Assembly (NCBI GenBank): GCA_026416895.1 | Contig: JAOAEH010000029.1 | Coordinates: 228-64,227, forward strand | DNA: 64,000 bases | Origin: Elusimicrobiales bacterium | GTDB lineage: Bacteria; Elusimicrobiota; Elusimicrobia; Elusimicrobiales; UBA9959 | Direction: 5' to 3' | Position numbers and translations under genes: made by a program | In this document: one piece after another, positions 46,678 to 55,476 of the stretch | Numbering within the stretch: position 1 is the first letter of the stretch | Layout: the number at the start of each line of letters is the position of its first letter | Notes under the pieces: model-generated | What the model saw: only the letters and a program-made list of their open reading frames with translations | Told to the model about the DNA's origin: nothing | The model's database searches: none

Positions 46678-48474
46678 TTAAAAAAAGTAACTATCAACTT
46701 TTGTTAACATTTTCTCATTTGTTTTCTTATAAATTATATTTTTCTTTATTTTTAAAAGAAAATTTCTAAGTTCATAAGAATGTTTAAATAACTTATCGAA
46801 TAAGAGTCTTTCTTTCAACATTTCTGTAAGTATTTCATGATTATAATTTTTAAATTCTTCATCTATTTTTAAATAATTTATAAAATAATCTAAATCAAAA
46901 TACAATATATTAGAAATTTCTGGATCCTCATTTATCCATTCATAAATATTTTTAATTTCAGAGATTTTATTAATTTTTTTAGAATCTTTTTCAGCTATAC
47001 CATCTATAACTATATTTAATAGTTTTTTAGCCTTTAAAGATAAATATATAACTCTAGATAACCTAGGAATAAAAAAACTAAGTTCATTTAAAAAAGATTC
47101 ATAATCAAAAAAAGATTCTTTTAATGAAAGTTGTTCTATTGTTTTAGACGGATAAAAATAATATTTACAGTAATACTCAACAAAATCAAAAAAAGGTAAA
47201 TTTTTGGCATTTTTAATAATTGCACCACCTTCAGTTGAGTTAAATATTGTAATGTTTTTATAACTTTCTATTATTCTTTCAAAATCTTTCAATATAGTAA
47301 AAAGTGAACTAGAAGTTTTTACTTTTCCACCATAATATCCATCTACATCTACAAGATTAGTAAAATCTTTTATAACTTCATTAGTAGCAACTCCTTCACA
47401 ATGAGTTTGATTATTAATATAAGATAGATCTTGACCTATAAGAGTTATAGGATTACATCCCATCCTTACACAAAGATGTAAAGCAGCATGAGAAGTTGAA
47501 CCACCTAAAGGTAATTCTCCTTTAAATAAAGTAAATTTAGATATAAACTCTGATAGAGGATGTGTGTTAAAAACTCTAAAATATTTCCCTCCAAATTTAT
47601 AATGATGTTTAACACAATTAGGATATACTTGAAAATCAAACACAAATACTAATTGAGAAGTATCAATTCCTTCAAAATGTTTATAATTTTTAGAAGTAAA
47701 ATCTATAGAAACAACAATATCAGGTCTAATTTTCTCATCTAATAAAACTCTTAAAGCAGTATCAACACATACAATCACAGCCTTATCTTTTGCTTTTTTT
47801 AAAATAGGCAGTTGTTTTTTCAAAGAAGGGCCTGCAGAAGTAATTATAGCTGGTTTATCTTTAAAAACTCCAAAAAGATTCGAAACATCACTGGACTCAA
47901 CAAGATATTGAAAGTTTTCTGTTATATTTTTTGTTATATTTGCTGCTATCATCTTTCTTGTTTCATAAATACATTTTTCTACTTCTATAACCTTTTCAAT
48001 TTCCTCTTTAACTTTTAAGATGAAATTTGAAAAAAATATCTTGTAAGCTGGGTTTTCTATTATAACTGGGTTAGAAAATAATATTTCTTTTCTAAAAGAT
48101 TCAAAATACTTTTTAAAATCATCTAAATTTTCCAAAGAATATATTTTGGAGACATTTTTTTCTAAAATTTCTTCTAAGTTTCTTATTTTAACAATTTTAT
48201 TTAATATTCCAATATCTGGTTCAAATATTATCAAATCACTGTCTGGTTTTTTGATTTTAACTATTTCTTCAAATTCATATCCTGCACCAAATCCTATAAG
48301 TAATATTAACTTTGATGATGAAATTGGATAATTTGATATTATATCTTTTGCTTTTAAGTATGGTTCCTTAAATGAGTTTAATGATATTTTTCTTACTCCA
48401 TCTGATAATTTAAAAACCTTTACTTGTTTTTCTTCTAAAATTTCTAAAAAAATATTTTTAGTTAATAATTCCAT
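46678..48474 (-). CDS. maf: Motility-associated factor (Maf) family flagellin glycosyltransferase (MptE-like/DUF115 core)
   Basis: KPAIITSAGPSLKKQLPILKKAKDKAVIVCVDTALRVLLDEKIRPDIVVSIDF...GGSTSHAALHLCVRMGCNPITLIGQDLSY. Confidence 0.75.
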   Translation of the reverse strand: MELLTKNIFLEILEEKQVKVFKLSDGVRKISLNSFKEPYLKAKDIISNYPISSSKLILLIGFGAGYEFEEIVKIKKPDSDLIIFEPDIGILNKIVKIRNLEEILEKNVSKIYSLENLDDFKKYFESFRKEILFSNPVIIENPAYKIFFSNFILKVKEEIEKVIEVEKCIYETRKMIAANITKNITENFQYLVESSDVSNLFGVFKDKPAIITSAGPSLKKQLPILKKAKDKAVIVCVDTALRVLLDEKIRPDIVVSIDFTSKNYKHFEGIDTSQLVFVFDFQVYPNCVKHHYKFGGKYFRVFNTHPLSEFISKFTLFKGELPLGGSTSHAALHLCVRMGCNPITLIGQDLSYINNQTHCEGVATNEVIKDFTNLVDVDGYYGGKVKTSSSLFTILKDFERIIESYKNITIFNSTEGGAIIKNAKNLPFFDFVEYYCKYYFYPSKTIEQLSLKESFFDYESFLNELSFFIPRLSRVIYLSLKAKKLLNIVIDGIAEKDSKKINKISEIKNIYEWINEDPEISNILYFDLDYFINYLKIDEEFKNYNHEILTEMLKERLLFDKLFKHSYELRNFLLKIKKNIIYKKTNEKMLTKVDSYFF

Positions 48475-48904
48475 TATTTTCTTTTTTTAAATTAAAAAGT
48501 TTTTTTAATAGTTTAATTTGATTATCAATCCCGTTAGGAAAATCTTCTTTTATAATCTCGCAAGCTTTAATTATATCTTGTTGAGATGATGCTTCCTTTA
48601 ATTCAATTAATTTTGAGAGCCATTCTTTTTCAATATCTTTAACTTTTTTTTCATCTATTGTTATTCTAGACAAATCTAATTCACAAGAAAGTTTTTTTTC
48701 AATTAGATCAATTAATTGACTTAGATATAAAAGAGTCTTAAATATAGAATCTATTATTAAACGAGCTTCTTCAAATTTAGAATTATTAACCGAGTTATTT
48801 AGAGAAACTATTAGACTTTTTATAATTGGAGAAGTACTTTCTATATCATTTATAGCATCCTGAATTGCATCATAATCTACAAAATCACTCTTTATTTGAG
48901 ACAT
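48458..48904 (-). CDS. Hypothetical helical protein downstream of fliS (148 aa)
   Basis: Acidic, all-helical composition, overlapping fliS and maf. Possibly a flagellar chaperone-type protein, but no motif evidence. Confidence 0.35.
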   Translation of the reverse strand: MSQIKSDFVDYDAIQDAINDIESTSPIIKSLIVSLNNSVNNSKFEEARLIIDSIFKTLLYLSQLIDLIEKKLSCELDLSRITIDEKKVKDIEKEWLSKLIELKEASSQQDIIKACEIIKEDFPNGIDNQIKLLKKLFNLKKENNGIIN

Positions 48905-49289
48905 TTTCTTGACCTCCTATTTTTTGTTTTGAAATTTCTTCCCAAGATTTTTTCAAATCCATCATATGCTTTAAAACTTCTTCTATGTGATTTACATTTC
49001 TTTCTAAATTTGCGGAAATTAACTTTTTTATAAAATACGAATATAAATTAGATAATCTATGAGATATTTCACCTGCCTCCATATTTAAAGACATTTTTAA
49101 TTCCGTTATAATATTTTGTGCTCTTATGTTCGCTATAGTAGCATCAGTAAATTTCTTAGCTTCCATAAGATTTTTTGCTAAATTTAAAAAAGTAATAGCA
49201 CCTTCATATGCCAACACAACTCTTTCAAGTGGAGTTGCTGTTTCTATTTGATTTTTTAAATATATTTGAGATACATGAGTAGTTTTCAT
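48885..49289 (-). CDS. fliS: Flagellin-specific chaperone FliS
   Basis: YLKNQIETATPLERVVLAYEGAITFL...A...I..AQNIITEL..SLN...GEIS..L..LY.Y. 134 aa. Confidence 0.9.
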   Translation of the reverse strand: MKTTHVSQIYLKNQIETATPLERVVLAYEGAITFLNLAKNLMEAKKFTDATIANIRAQNIITELKMSLNMEAGEISHRLSNLYSYFIKKLISANLERNVNHIEEVLKHMMDLKKSWEEISKQKIGGQENVSNKE

Positions 49290-49306
49290 AACTTCTCCTT
49301 ATTTAT

Positions 49307-49333
49307 ATATCCGAATTTTTCTAAAAAAGTTTA
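49307..49333 (-). promoter_or_regulatory. Sigma-28 (FliA)-type promoter of the fliS-maf operon
   Basis: Minus strand reads TAAA (49333-49330, inside the last codons of fliD), a 15-nt spacer cttttttagaaaaat, then TCGGATAT (49314-49307). SD AGGAG and ATG 49289 follow. Confidence 0.55.
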
Positions 49334-50739
49334 GTACTAAATACGTTTGATAATATTGAAATTAATTTAGAACCTTCTTCCTTAAGAGAGGAAGCTCTAT
49401 TTGACAAAGTAGAATAAAGAGCTTGATAATATGAAATTTTTTGATTTATTAATTTTTGTGAATTCGAAATTTTCTTATTAAAATTTTCTATTGATTTTTG
49501 AGTAGTTGTTAAATAGGATTCTAATAGTCCTTTATTAGAAAGAGAATCGTTTAAAAAAGTGTATAGTTTAGTGAAAATACCATTATTGGAAACTAACAAT
49601 TCTTTTAATTCTAACTTATTATTTTTTAAAAAACTAATAAATTTTTCTTCATTAAACTCTATATTAAAATTTTCTTCTTTTGAATAATTCTTTGAATCAC
49701 AATATTTAAAACCCAAATCAACTAATGAAAAATTCCCAATTTTATTAGAAATTATTTCTTTTAATTTCATTCTCATAATTTTAAATGAAGGATCAGAATA
49801 TAAAACACCTTTTGAGTTATTTGTTTGGTTTTTTTCCTCATATATATATTTTCCTATCGCAGTTTGAAGTTTATTATAACTTGTTACAAATTCCTTTAAT
49901 TTTGCAACTAATTCATTACTATCCTCAAAAACTTTTATATTTACTTTTCCAGTTTTTTTGATATCAAAAGTTATTCCTTCTATAATATCTTCCACAATAT
50001 TTTTTTCTCTTACAACTTCAACTCCATAAATTCTTAATAATAAATTTTCAGGTTCCTGTAAATTTTTCATTATGTTTAGATTAGAATCAGTTATTCCTAA
50101 AGCAGAAAGTAAAGAAGAATCTCCTTCAAATCTTATTCTGTTATTTATTCCAGTTTTTTTAGATTCTATGATAAGAACATAGGTATTATTTCCTTTGTTT
50201 ATTATTGAAGAAGTTAGATATTTTGATATTTTTTCATCTGTGTTTATTATTTTGTTTATCTTTTGTAATATTTCGTAATCAGAATTATTTTCATTTAATT
50301 CTACTGATAAATTTAAAAGAGTGTCATTTATTCTTACTGAAAAATTTTTCACTCCACTTCCAATTGATGAAACAATAATATTTGACGAGTCTGTAAAATC
50401 TGACGAAGATATTATATGTTTATTTGCAAGAGATAATACTTCAATTTCAAATTCGCTTTCAACAGCTTTTGATGTTACTTTAGCCTCCAAAACATCATTT
50501 CTTGACAACAAAACCTTTTTAGATTCAAATATATCAAAGTTGTAAACAAATTGACTGATTATAGATTTTAAAGAAGAAGTTAAATTTTTTATGTTATTTA
50601 TTACATTAATTTTTGAATCTAACTCCTTTTTTTTATTCTCTAAATTTTCTATTAACTTTTTATCATTTTTAATTGCTATATTTACTAAATTAGATATTTT
50701 AGAAGATTGATTTGTTATGTTGTCTATTGAAATTGCCAT
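49321..50739 (-). CDS. fliD: Flagellar filament cap protein FliD
   Basis: 472 aa with coiled-coil termini (N-terminal MAISIDNIT...; C-terminal ...KISYYQALYSTLSNRASSLKEEGSKLISIL), located between fliC and fliS. Confidence 0.85.
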   Translation of the reverse strand: MAISIDNITNQSSKISNLVNIAIKNDKKLIENLENKKKELDSKINVINNIKNLTSSLKSIISQFVYNFDIFESKKVLLSRNDVLEAKVTSKAVESEFEIEVLSLANKHIISSSDFTDSSNIIVSSIGSGVKNFSVRINDTLLNLSVELNENNSDYEILQKINKIINTDEKISKYLTSSIINKGNNTYVLIIESKKTGINNRIRFEGDSSLLSALGITDSNLNIMKNLQEPENLLLRIYGVEVVREKNIVEDIIEGITFDIKKTGKVNIKVFEDSNELVAKLKEFVTSYNKLQTAIGKYIYEEKNQTNNSKGVLYSDPSFKIMRMKLKEIISNKIGNFSLVDLGFKYCDSKNYSKEENFNIEFNEEKFISFLKNNKLELKELLVSNNGIFTKLYTFLNDSLSNKGLLESYLTTTQKSIENFNKKISNSQKLINQKISYYQALYSTLSNRASSLKEEGSKLISILSNVFSTKLF

Positions 50740-50750
50740 ATATCTAAGTT

Positions 50751-50779
50751 ATTGGGAGGGCACATAGCGCCCTCCCAAT
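50751..50779 (-). terminator. GC-rich stem-loop between fliC and fliD (fliC 3' hairpin; the U tract is on the opposite strand)
   Basis: 11-bp perfect stem attgggagggc (50751-50761) / gccctcccaat (50769-50779) with a 7-nt loop. The T-run ttttgttttt (50779-50788) follows it only on the plus strand. Confidence 0.45.
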
Positions 50780-50786
50780 TTTGTTT

Positions 50787-51620
50787 TTATCTTGGTAGAA
50801 GCTGTAACAACGATTGAGGTGCCATGTTTGCTTGAGAAAGCATTGCAAGTGTTGCAGATTGTAATATCTGATACTTAACTAGATTTACCTCTTCCTGAGC
50901 AAGATCAGCATCAAGATATAAAGATCTTGCAGATTGAGTATTCAAAATATCTATACTTAAGCTTTCAAGTTTTTGAGACAATCTTGACATTCTAGCACCT
51001 ATATTCTCTCTTCTTATCGTAAGAGCTGACAATGCTTTAGTTATTGCACTTAATGCTGCCGAAGCTGCACTTCTTGTAGTTGCCGATATATTATGTAAAC
51101 CAAGAGAGCTAAGTCCAACTCCACTTATAACAGCGGTAAGAACATCTTTTCCAGTTTCACCCACTTGTATAACAAAATTAATTGATGCTGCACTTAGAAG
51201 TTTTACACCATTGAATTTTGTAGTTGTAGCTATATCCTTTATTTCTGAAAGATATTGTTGGAGTTTTGTATTTATTACATCCCTCTCAGTTGAACCAATA
51301 GTGCTTGACATTGCTCTCTGCAAATCAGCTGCTACATCAAGCAATAGGTCTTGAACTCTTCCCTGCTGAGATTCTGCTACTTGAAGCATTGAATAGGCTT
51401 CTCGTATGTTATTTTGAGCTGCCTGCTCAAATGCAATTTTTATAGTTTGTTTTTTCCCTAAAGCAAAAGCAGCTGGATCATCAGCTGCTCTATTTACTTT
51501 TTGTCCAGTTGTTATTCTTTCCATTGTGACGCTAAGCTTCTGATTAATAGAATTTAGCGTCAAGAGTGTTGACATTGAATTTATGTTTGTTGCTATTCTT
51601 CCTAATTCTCCTGTTGGCAT
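50787..51620 (-). CDS. fliC: Flagellin (short, D0/D1-only size)
   Basis: RIATNINSMSTLLTLNSINQKLSVTMERITTGQKVNRAADDPAAFALG... and the C-terminal DADLAQEEVNLVKYQILQSATLAMLSQANMAPQSLLQLLPR. ATG 51620 is preceded by AAGGAGG. The ORF-track start 51680 lies in the leader. Confidence 0.93.
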   Translation of the reverse strand: MPTGELGRIATNINSMSTLLTLNSINQKLSVTMERITTGQKVNRAADDPAAFALGKKQTIKIAFEQAAQNNIREAYSMLQVAESQQGRVQDLLLDVAADLQRAMSSTIGSTERDVINTKLQQYLSEIKDIATTTKFNGVKLLSAASINFVIQVGETGKDVLTAVISGVGLSSLGLHNISATTRSAASAALSAITKALSALTIRRENIGARMSRLSQKLESLSIDILNTQSARSLYLDADLAQEEVNLVKYQILQSATLAMLSQANMAPQSLLQLLPR

Positions 51621-51625
51621 ATAAT

Positions 51626-51664
51626 CCTCCTTGATTATTATTTCAAAGGACTTCCCTGTCCTTT
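51626..51664 (-). promoter_or_regulatory. fliC 5' leader with two CsrA-type GGA sites (hairpin-loop site plus SD-overlapping site)
   Basis: The mRNA reads aaaggac-AGGGAA-gtccttt (51664-51645; 7-bp stem, GGA in the loop), then gaaataataatcAAGGAGGattatATG (SD at 51630-51626). Confidence 0.6.
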
Positions 51665-51673
51665 CATCTTTAT

Positions 51674-51699
51674 ATATCAATATAAATTTAAATTATTTA
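51674..51699 (-). promoter_or_regulatory. Weak sigma-28-like promoter candidate for fliC
   Basis: Minus strand reads TAAA (51699-51696, in the last codons of csrA), a 14-nt spacer, then ATTGATAT (51681-51674). Only the GATAT core matches the local nCGGATAw -10, and the spacer is 1 nt short. Confidence 0.3.
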
Positions 51700-51926
51700 A
51701 AATATTTGAGCTCTTTTTGAATGTCATTTAGAATTAAAGGATTAGTTTGAGATGAATATTTATTAATTTTTGATAAATCTTCAATTAACTCTTTTCTAAC
51801 TATCTTTATTGTTTTTGGTGCATTTATTCCTAATTTAACCTTATTTTTGTCTAAATCAATTATAGTTAATTCTATATTATCAAGTATTATTAGTTTTTCT
51901 CCTCTTTTTCTTGTAAGCACCAACAT
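51693..51926 (-). CDS. csrA: Carbon storage regulator / flagellin translational repressor CsrA
   Basis: MLVLTRKRGEKLIILDNIELTIIDLDKNKVKLGINAPKTIKIVRKEL. Confidence 0.95.
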   Translation of the reverse strand: MLVLTRKRGEKLIILDNIELTIIDLDKNKVKLGINAPKTIKIVRKELIEDLSKINKYSSQTNPLILNDIQKELKYFK

Positions 51927-51927
51927 A

Positions 51928-52362
51928 TTATACTTTCAATATATTTGTTTTTAATTTTTCTAACACATTTACCGTTAGATTTTGATTTAAATCGTTTACA
52001 ACAACCTGCATACCTATAGAATTTTCATTATCAATTAAAAAAGGAGCTCCTATACTTGCAAAAATTTTTCTGTCTTTTAAGTATGTAGATATAAAAACCG
52101 AATACCTTTCAGGATTTATTTTAAATTGAATCAAATTATTTTTTAATATTGTTTCATATTCAGGCATAAACCAAAATGGCTGTGTGATTAACAAGGAAAC
52201 ATCAGAGTTTGTAATACTTTGCAACCAAGAAAAATTTTCATGACCAAAGTTTAAAATTACAAATTTTTTTTCTTCTTCAAACCCATAAATACCTAAAGGG
52301 AAATAGATAATCTTTTTTTCATCAAATTCTACATCACCAAATTTGGATGTTTTTAATATCAT
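51928..52362 (-). CDS. fliW: Flagellar assembly factor FliW (CsrA antagonist)
   Basis: TSKFGDVEFDEKKIIYFPLGIYGFEEEKKFVIL. 144 aa, adjacent to csrA. Confidence 0.9.
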   Translation of the reverse strand: MILKTSKFGDVEFDEKKIIYFPLGIYGFEEEKKFVILNFGHENFSWLQSITNSDVSLLITQPFWFMPEYETILKNNLIQFKINPERYSVFISTYLKDRKIFASIGAPFLIDNENSIGMQVVVNDLNQNLTVNVLEKLKTNILKV

Positions 52363-53264
52363 AAATAATTAGATATATTGTTGTTTTGCATGTTTTCAAT
52401 TAATCTCATAATAATTTCGTATCTATTTTTGATGGATGTGTATTTTACTATTTCTTGTGAATAATCTATATCCTCAATATCTGATATAGAACTCTGTGTA
52501 TTTAGAATTTCTTTTTTTATTAATTCTATCTTTAAGTTTAAATTATTTATTCTAGAACCATTATTTACTATTATTTTATTTAGATGATTAAAATATTCAT
52601 TTAGTTTGTCTTGATAAACACTTATATCATAGCCTCTCATTAAATCTTCTCTTAAATTTATCAAAATATCAAATATATTTCCATAGTTATAGTTAACAAT
52701 CTCATTACCTGTAAAGCCAAAAATTTCATATTCATTATCAGAAATGTGTATTTTATTCTTTAAATTATTACCTTTATATTCAACTGATACTATTTTTTGT
52801 GAACCATCTGATTGAGTTTCTGTAACTATTTCAAAAGGTTTTTTTAATCCATCTGTACCACTAAATATATAAGAAGTTGAGTCTCTTCTATTTAATGTAA
52901 AAACAATATTTTTTATTGTCAAATTTATCTCTTCAACTAAATTATTTTTTATTTCTGAAGAATTAGAAGCACCAGATCTAGATATTTTTTCCTTTATATT
53001 AGCTATTTCATTATAAATAGAGTCTATACATGAGTCGTAAAGTTCGTATCTAGAGATAATATATTCTATGTTTTTTATAAATTGATTTAATGATTTTTCA
53101 TTTAGTTTATAATCACAAATAATTTGTGTTTCTGATGGAGAATCCGAAGGAGTCTGAAGTTTTTTGCCAGAAGATAACTTATTAGAAGATATATATAAAT
53201 CCCTCATTGTATTATTTAAAGAATTTAAGAAACTTCTAGTTAATATACTTTCAGTTATTCTCAC
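52359..53264 (-). CDS. flgL: Flagellar hook-filament junction protein FlgL
   Basis: MRITESILTRSFLNSLNNTMRDLYISSNKLSSGKKLQTPSDSP, flagellin-like termini, after flgK. Confidence 0.88.
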   Translation of the reverse strand: MRITESILTRSFLNSLNNTMRDLYISSNKLSSGKKLQTPSDSPSETQIICDYKLNEKSLNQFIKNIEYIISRYELYDSCIDSIYNEIANIKEKISRSGASNSSEIKNNLVEEINLTIKNIVFTLNRRDSTSYIFSGTDGLKKPFEIVTETQSDGSQKIVSVEYKGNNLKNKIHISDNEYEIFGFTGNEIVNYNYGNIFDILINLREDLMRGYDISVYQDKLNEYFNHLNKIIVNNGSRINNLNLKIELIKKEILNTQSSISDIEDIDYSQEIVKYTSIKNRYEIIMRLIENMQNNNISNYL

Positions 53265-54631
53265 TTTAATATCCTTATCATTTCCTCAAGAATTTCATTT
53301 GAAATAGTTACATATTTTGCAACAACTGAATAATATTTCTGAATTTCTAAAAGTTTTAACATTTCTTCATCTATTGAAACCCCAGATATCATATCCCTCT
53401 TGCTTAAGTTTGAATTCTTTATGTTATTAGAAATTTCTAATAAATTATTATAATTTTGTGATAAATATCCTGTTGCTGATGATATTTCTGAAATAAAATT
53501 AAATATTGAAGAATTATTAAAATTAGATGATTTTAAAAAACTTGCTAATTCAGAAGCATTGGTCCCATCTGAAATATACGGAGTTTTAGATGCTGCAAAC
53601 AATCCTGGTTCAGCTTCTATTAATGGATTTACCGTTATTCCACCAGTTTCATCTATAACAAAAAAATCTTTATTAGATAAATTACCATAAATATCATATC
53701 CATTTTTATGCAAATAATTAAAAGTGTTAACATTATTTGAAGTTAAAAAATATATAGCTTGTTTTATTTTAAGATTTATATTTTCTATATCATTTAATGC
53801 TCTATTATAAGCTGAAAATTTCCCCGAAGAAATATCAACATTTACTCCATATTCTTTTAAAAAAAAATCTATATTTTTAGTTCCATTTTCTTCATAAACT
53901 TTTGATTCTAACGAAAAATAATTATTACCATTCACTAAAACAATGCCATTAATAACCAGTTTGTATTCTTCATCTTTTTCACTTACCTCTATGTTTATAT
54001 ACTTCGAAACCTCATCAACAATAGAATCTCTTATATCTTTTAATGAATTTGCATCATTACCTAACAAAATAGCAGATTTTATCTCTTGATTTAGCTCAGC
54101 AATTTCTTTTAATTTATTATTTACTTCTTTAATCTCTACATTAAGTTTTTTAATTATTTTACTTTCAATGAAATAATTTTTGTTTAAAGTTGAATTAATT
54201 TTTTGAGTAAAATCTTTTGCTTTAGATACAACCTCTCTTCTAAGAGTAATATCTTGCGAATTTTTAGATACCTCTTCCAAAGACTTCCAAAAATCTGTAA
54301 GTTTATCTAAAATAGATCCTTCCCCTAAAGCACTTAAATTTTCTTCCACTTCTGATATTATAGAACTTAATATCTTATGTTTTTCATAATCCGAAATAGA
54401 TGTTCTTACTTCACTTTCTATAAAATAATCTACTATCCTTTTAATAGATGATAGTTTAACTCCTCCATACAAATTATCTGGGCCTCTTATTGGTTCTATT
54501 ATAGCTTCTCTTCTCTTATAATTCTCATTAGAAACATTGGTTATATTGTTACCTAATATTTCTTGATATTGTTTAAAAGTTCTTAGGGCTGTCAAACCTA
54601 TATTTAATGATGTAAAATTTCCCATAAACAT
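53261..54631 (-). CDS. flgK: Flagellar hook-filament junction protein FlgK
   Basis: SLNIGLTALRTFKQYQEILGNNITNVSNENYKRRE... and the C-terminal ISGVSIDEEMLKLLEIQKYYSVVAKYVT. Confidence 0.92.
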   Translation of the reverse strand: MFMGNFTSLNIGLTALRTFKQYQEILGNNITNVSNENYKRREAIIEPIRGPDNLYGGVKLSSIKRIVDYFIESEVRTSISDYEKHKILSSIISEVEENLSALGEGSILDKLTDFWKSLEEVSKNSQDITLRREVVSKAKDFTQKINSTLNKNYFIESKIIKKLNVEIKEVNNKLKEIAELNQEIKSAILLGNDANSLKDIRDSIVDEVSKYINIEVSEKDEEYKLVINGIVLVNGNNYFSLESKVYEENGTKNIDFFLKEYGVNVDISSGKFSAYNRALNDIENINLKIKQAIYFLTSNNVNTFNYLHKNGYDIYGNLSNKDFFVIDETGGITVNPLIEAEPGLFAASKTPYISDGTNASELASFLKSSNFNNSSIFNFISEISSATGYLSQNYNNLLEISNNIKNSNLSKRDMISGVSIDEEMLKLLEIQKYYSVVAKYVTISNEILEEMIRILK

Positions 54632-54966
54632 TAATTAACTACTTTTTGCTTTATTATCTCAGAATATGTATTATTTCCTCTTAATCTTTTTATTATTTTA
54701 TTAGTTGTATTAATTTGATAATTTATAAGTTCTTGATTTATTTCAATTATTTTTTTAAGCTTTAGTATTTTTTTAGATATATATTCATCTATTTCTATGT
54801 TATTTATTTCATTAAGCTTTTCTTTTGCCAAACTCAACAATTTATATATTTCTTCAATTTCTTTTAAAGTGTTTGGAGTTATTCCATTAATTATATCTTC
54901 TCTTGCTTTTAAACTCAGTTCAATTAAATTATCTATTAAATTATTTATAATCTGAGACATTATCAA
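54631..54966 (-). CDS. flgN: FlgN-like flagellar chaperone
   Basis: 111-aa helical protein between flgM and flgK, overlapping both. Confidence 0.6.
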   Translation of the reverse strand: MIMSQIINNLIDNLIELSLKAREDIINGITPNTLKEIEEIYKLLSLAKEKLNEINNIEIDEYISKKILKLKKIIEINQELINYQINTTNKIIKRLRGNNTYSEIIKQKVVN

Positions 54967-55187
54967 TAACCAAGAATTTCTTTTGCTAGTTTATAGTAAT
55001 CTATTTTGTAGCTACCTGATTTAATCTGATTTTTTATCTCTAATATCCTTTCATCCTTCAAATTTTCCTTTATATTATTTTCCAATTGACGATTTGATAC
55101 CTTTTCTTTTTCATTTAAAGAAGTCTTTCTATTTATAATTAAATCCTTAAAGAGTTTAATATGCGGATCTATATTGTTAAGATACAT
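54963..55187 (-). CDS. flgM: Anti-sigma-28 factor FlgM
   Basis: 74 aa with C-terminal RILEIKNQIKSGSYKIDYYKLAKEILG, typical of FlgM. SD GAGGAGG. Confidence 0.85.
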   Translation of the reverse strand: MYLNNIDPHIKLFKDLIINRKTSLNEKEKVSNRQLENNIKENLKDERILEIKNQIKSGSYKIDYYKLAKEILGY

Positions 55188-55206
55188 TCTTCCTCCTCAT
55201 ATTAAA

Positions 55207-55233
55207 TTATCCGCAAAAAAATATAAAACTTTA
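55207..55233 (-). promoter_or_regulatory. Sigma-28 (FliA)-type promoter of flgM-flgN-flgK-flgL-fliW-csrA
   Basis: Minus strand reads TAAA (55233-55230, sharing TAA with the flgJ stop codon), a 15-nt spacer gttttatattttttt, then GCGGATAA (55214-55207). That is 7/8 to the classical GCCGATAA with correct spacing. Confidence 0.7.
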
Positions 55234-55476
55234 ATCCTTATTATTTCTATTAATAATCAGTTTAAAAATGTAATCTCCTAAACCAATACCATTTTTTGCT
55301 ATTTCTTTTGAAAAAAAATCACATAATATGTCATTATATATGTTATTTTCTTTTAAAAAACCAGAATTTTTTAAAATATTTTTCAAAAACAAAACTTCAA
55401 AAGTAGATGAAGCTTCCTTTATTTTTTTGATATCCTTATTATTTGAAAAATTATAAATTTTATCCTCAATTCTCAT
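55231..55476 (-). CDS. flgJ: Rod-binding protein (FlgJ N-terminal-domain type, no muramidase domain)
   Basis: 81 aa with ASSTFEVLFLKNILKN, the rod-binding pattern, directly after flgI. Confidence 0.7.
   Translation of the reverse strand: MRIEDKIYNFSNNKDIKKIKEASSTFEVLFLKNILKNSGFLKENNIYNDILCDFFSKEIAKNGIGLGDYIFKLIINRNNKD

Noticed and set aside
51621-51680. N-terminal 20-codon extension of the flagellin ORF (MIYKDERTGKSFEIIIKEDY...).
   Set aside because: ATG 51620 has a perfect AAGGAGG SD and yields a normal flagellin N-terminus. The extension would include the CsrA hairpin and promoter region.
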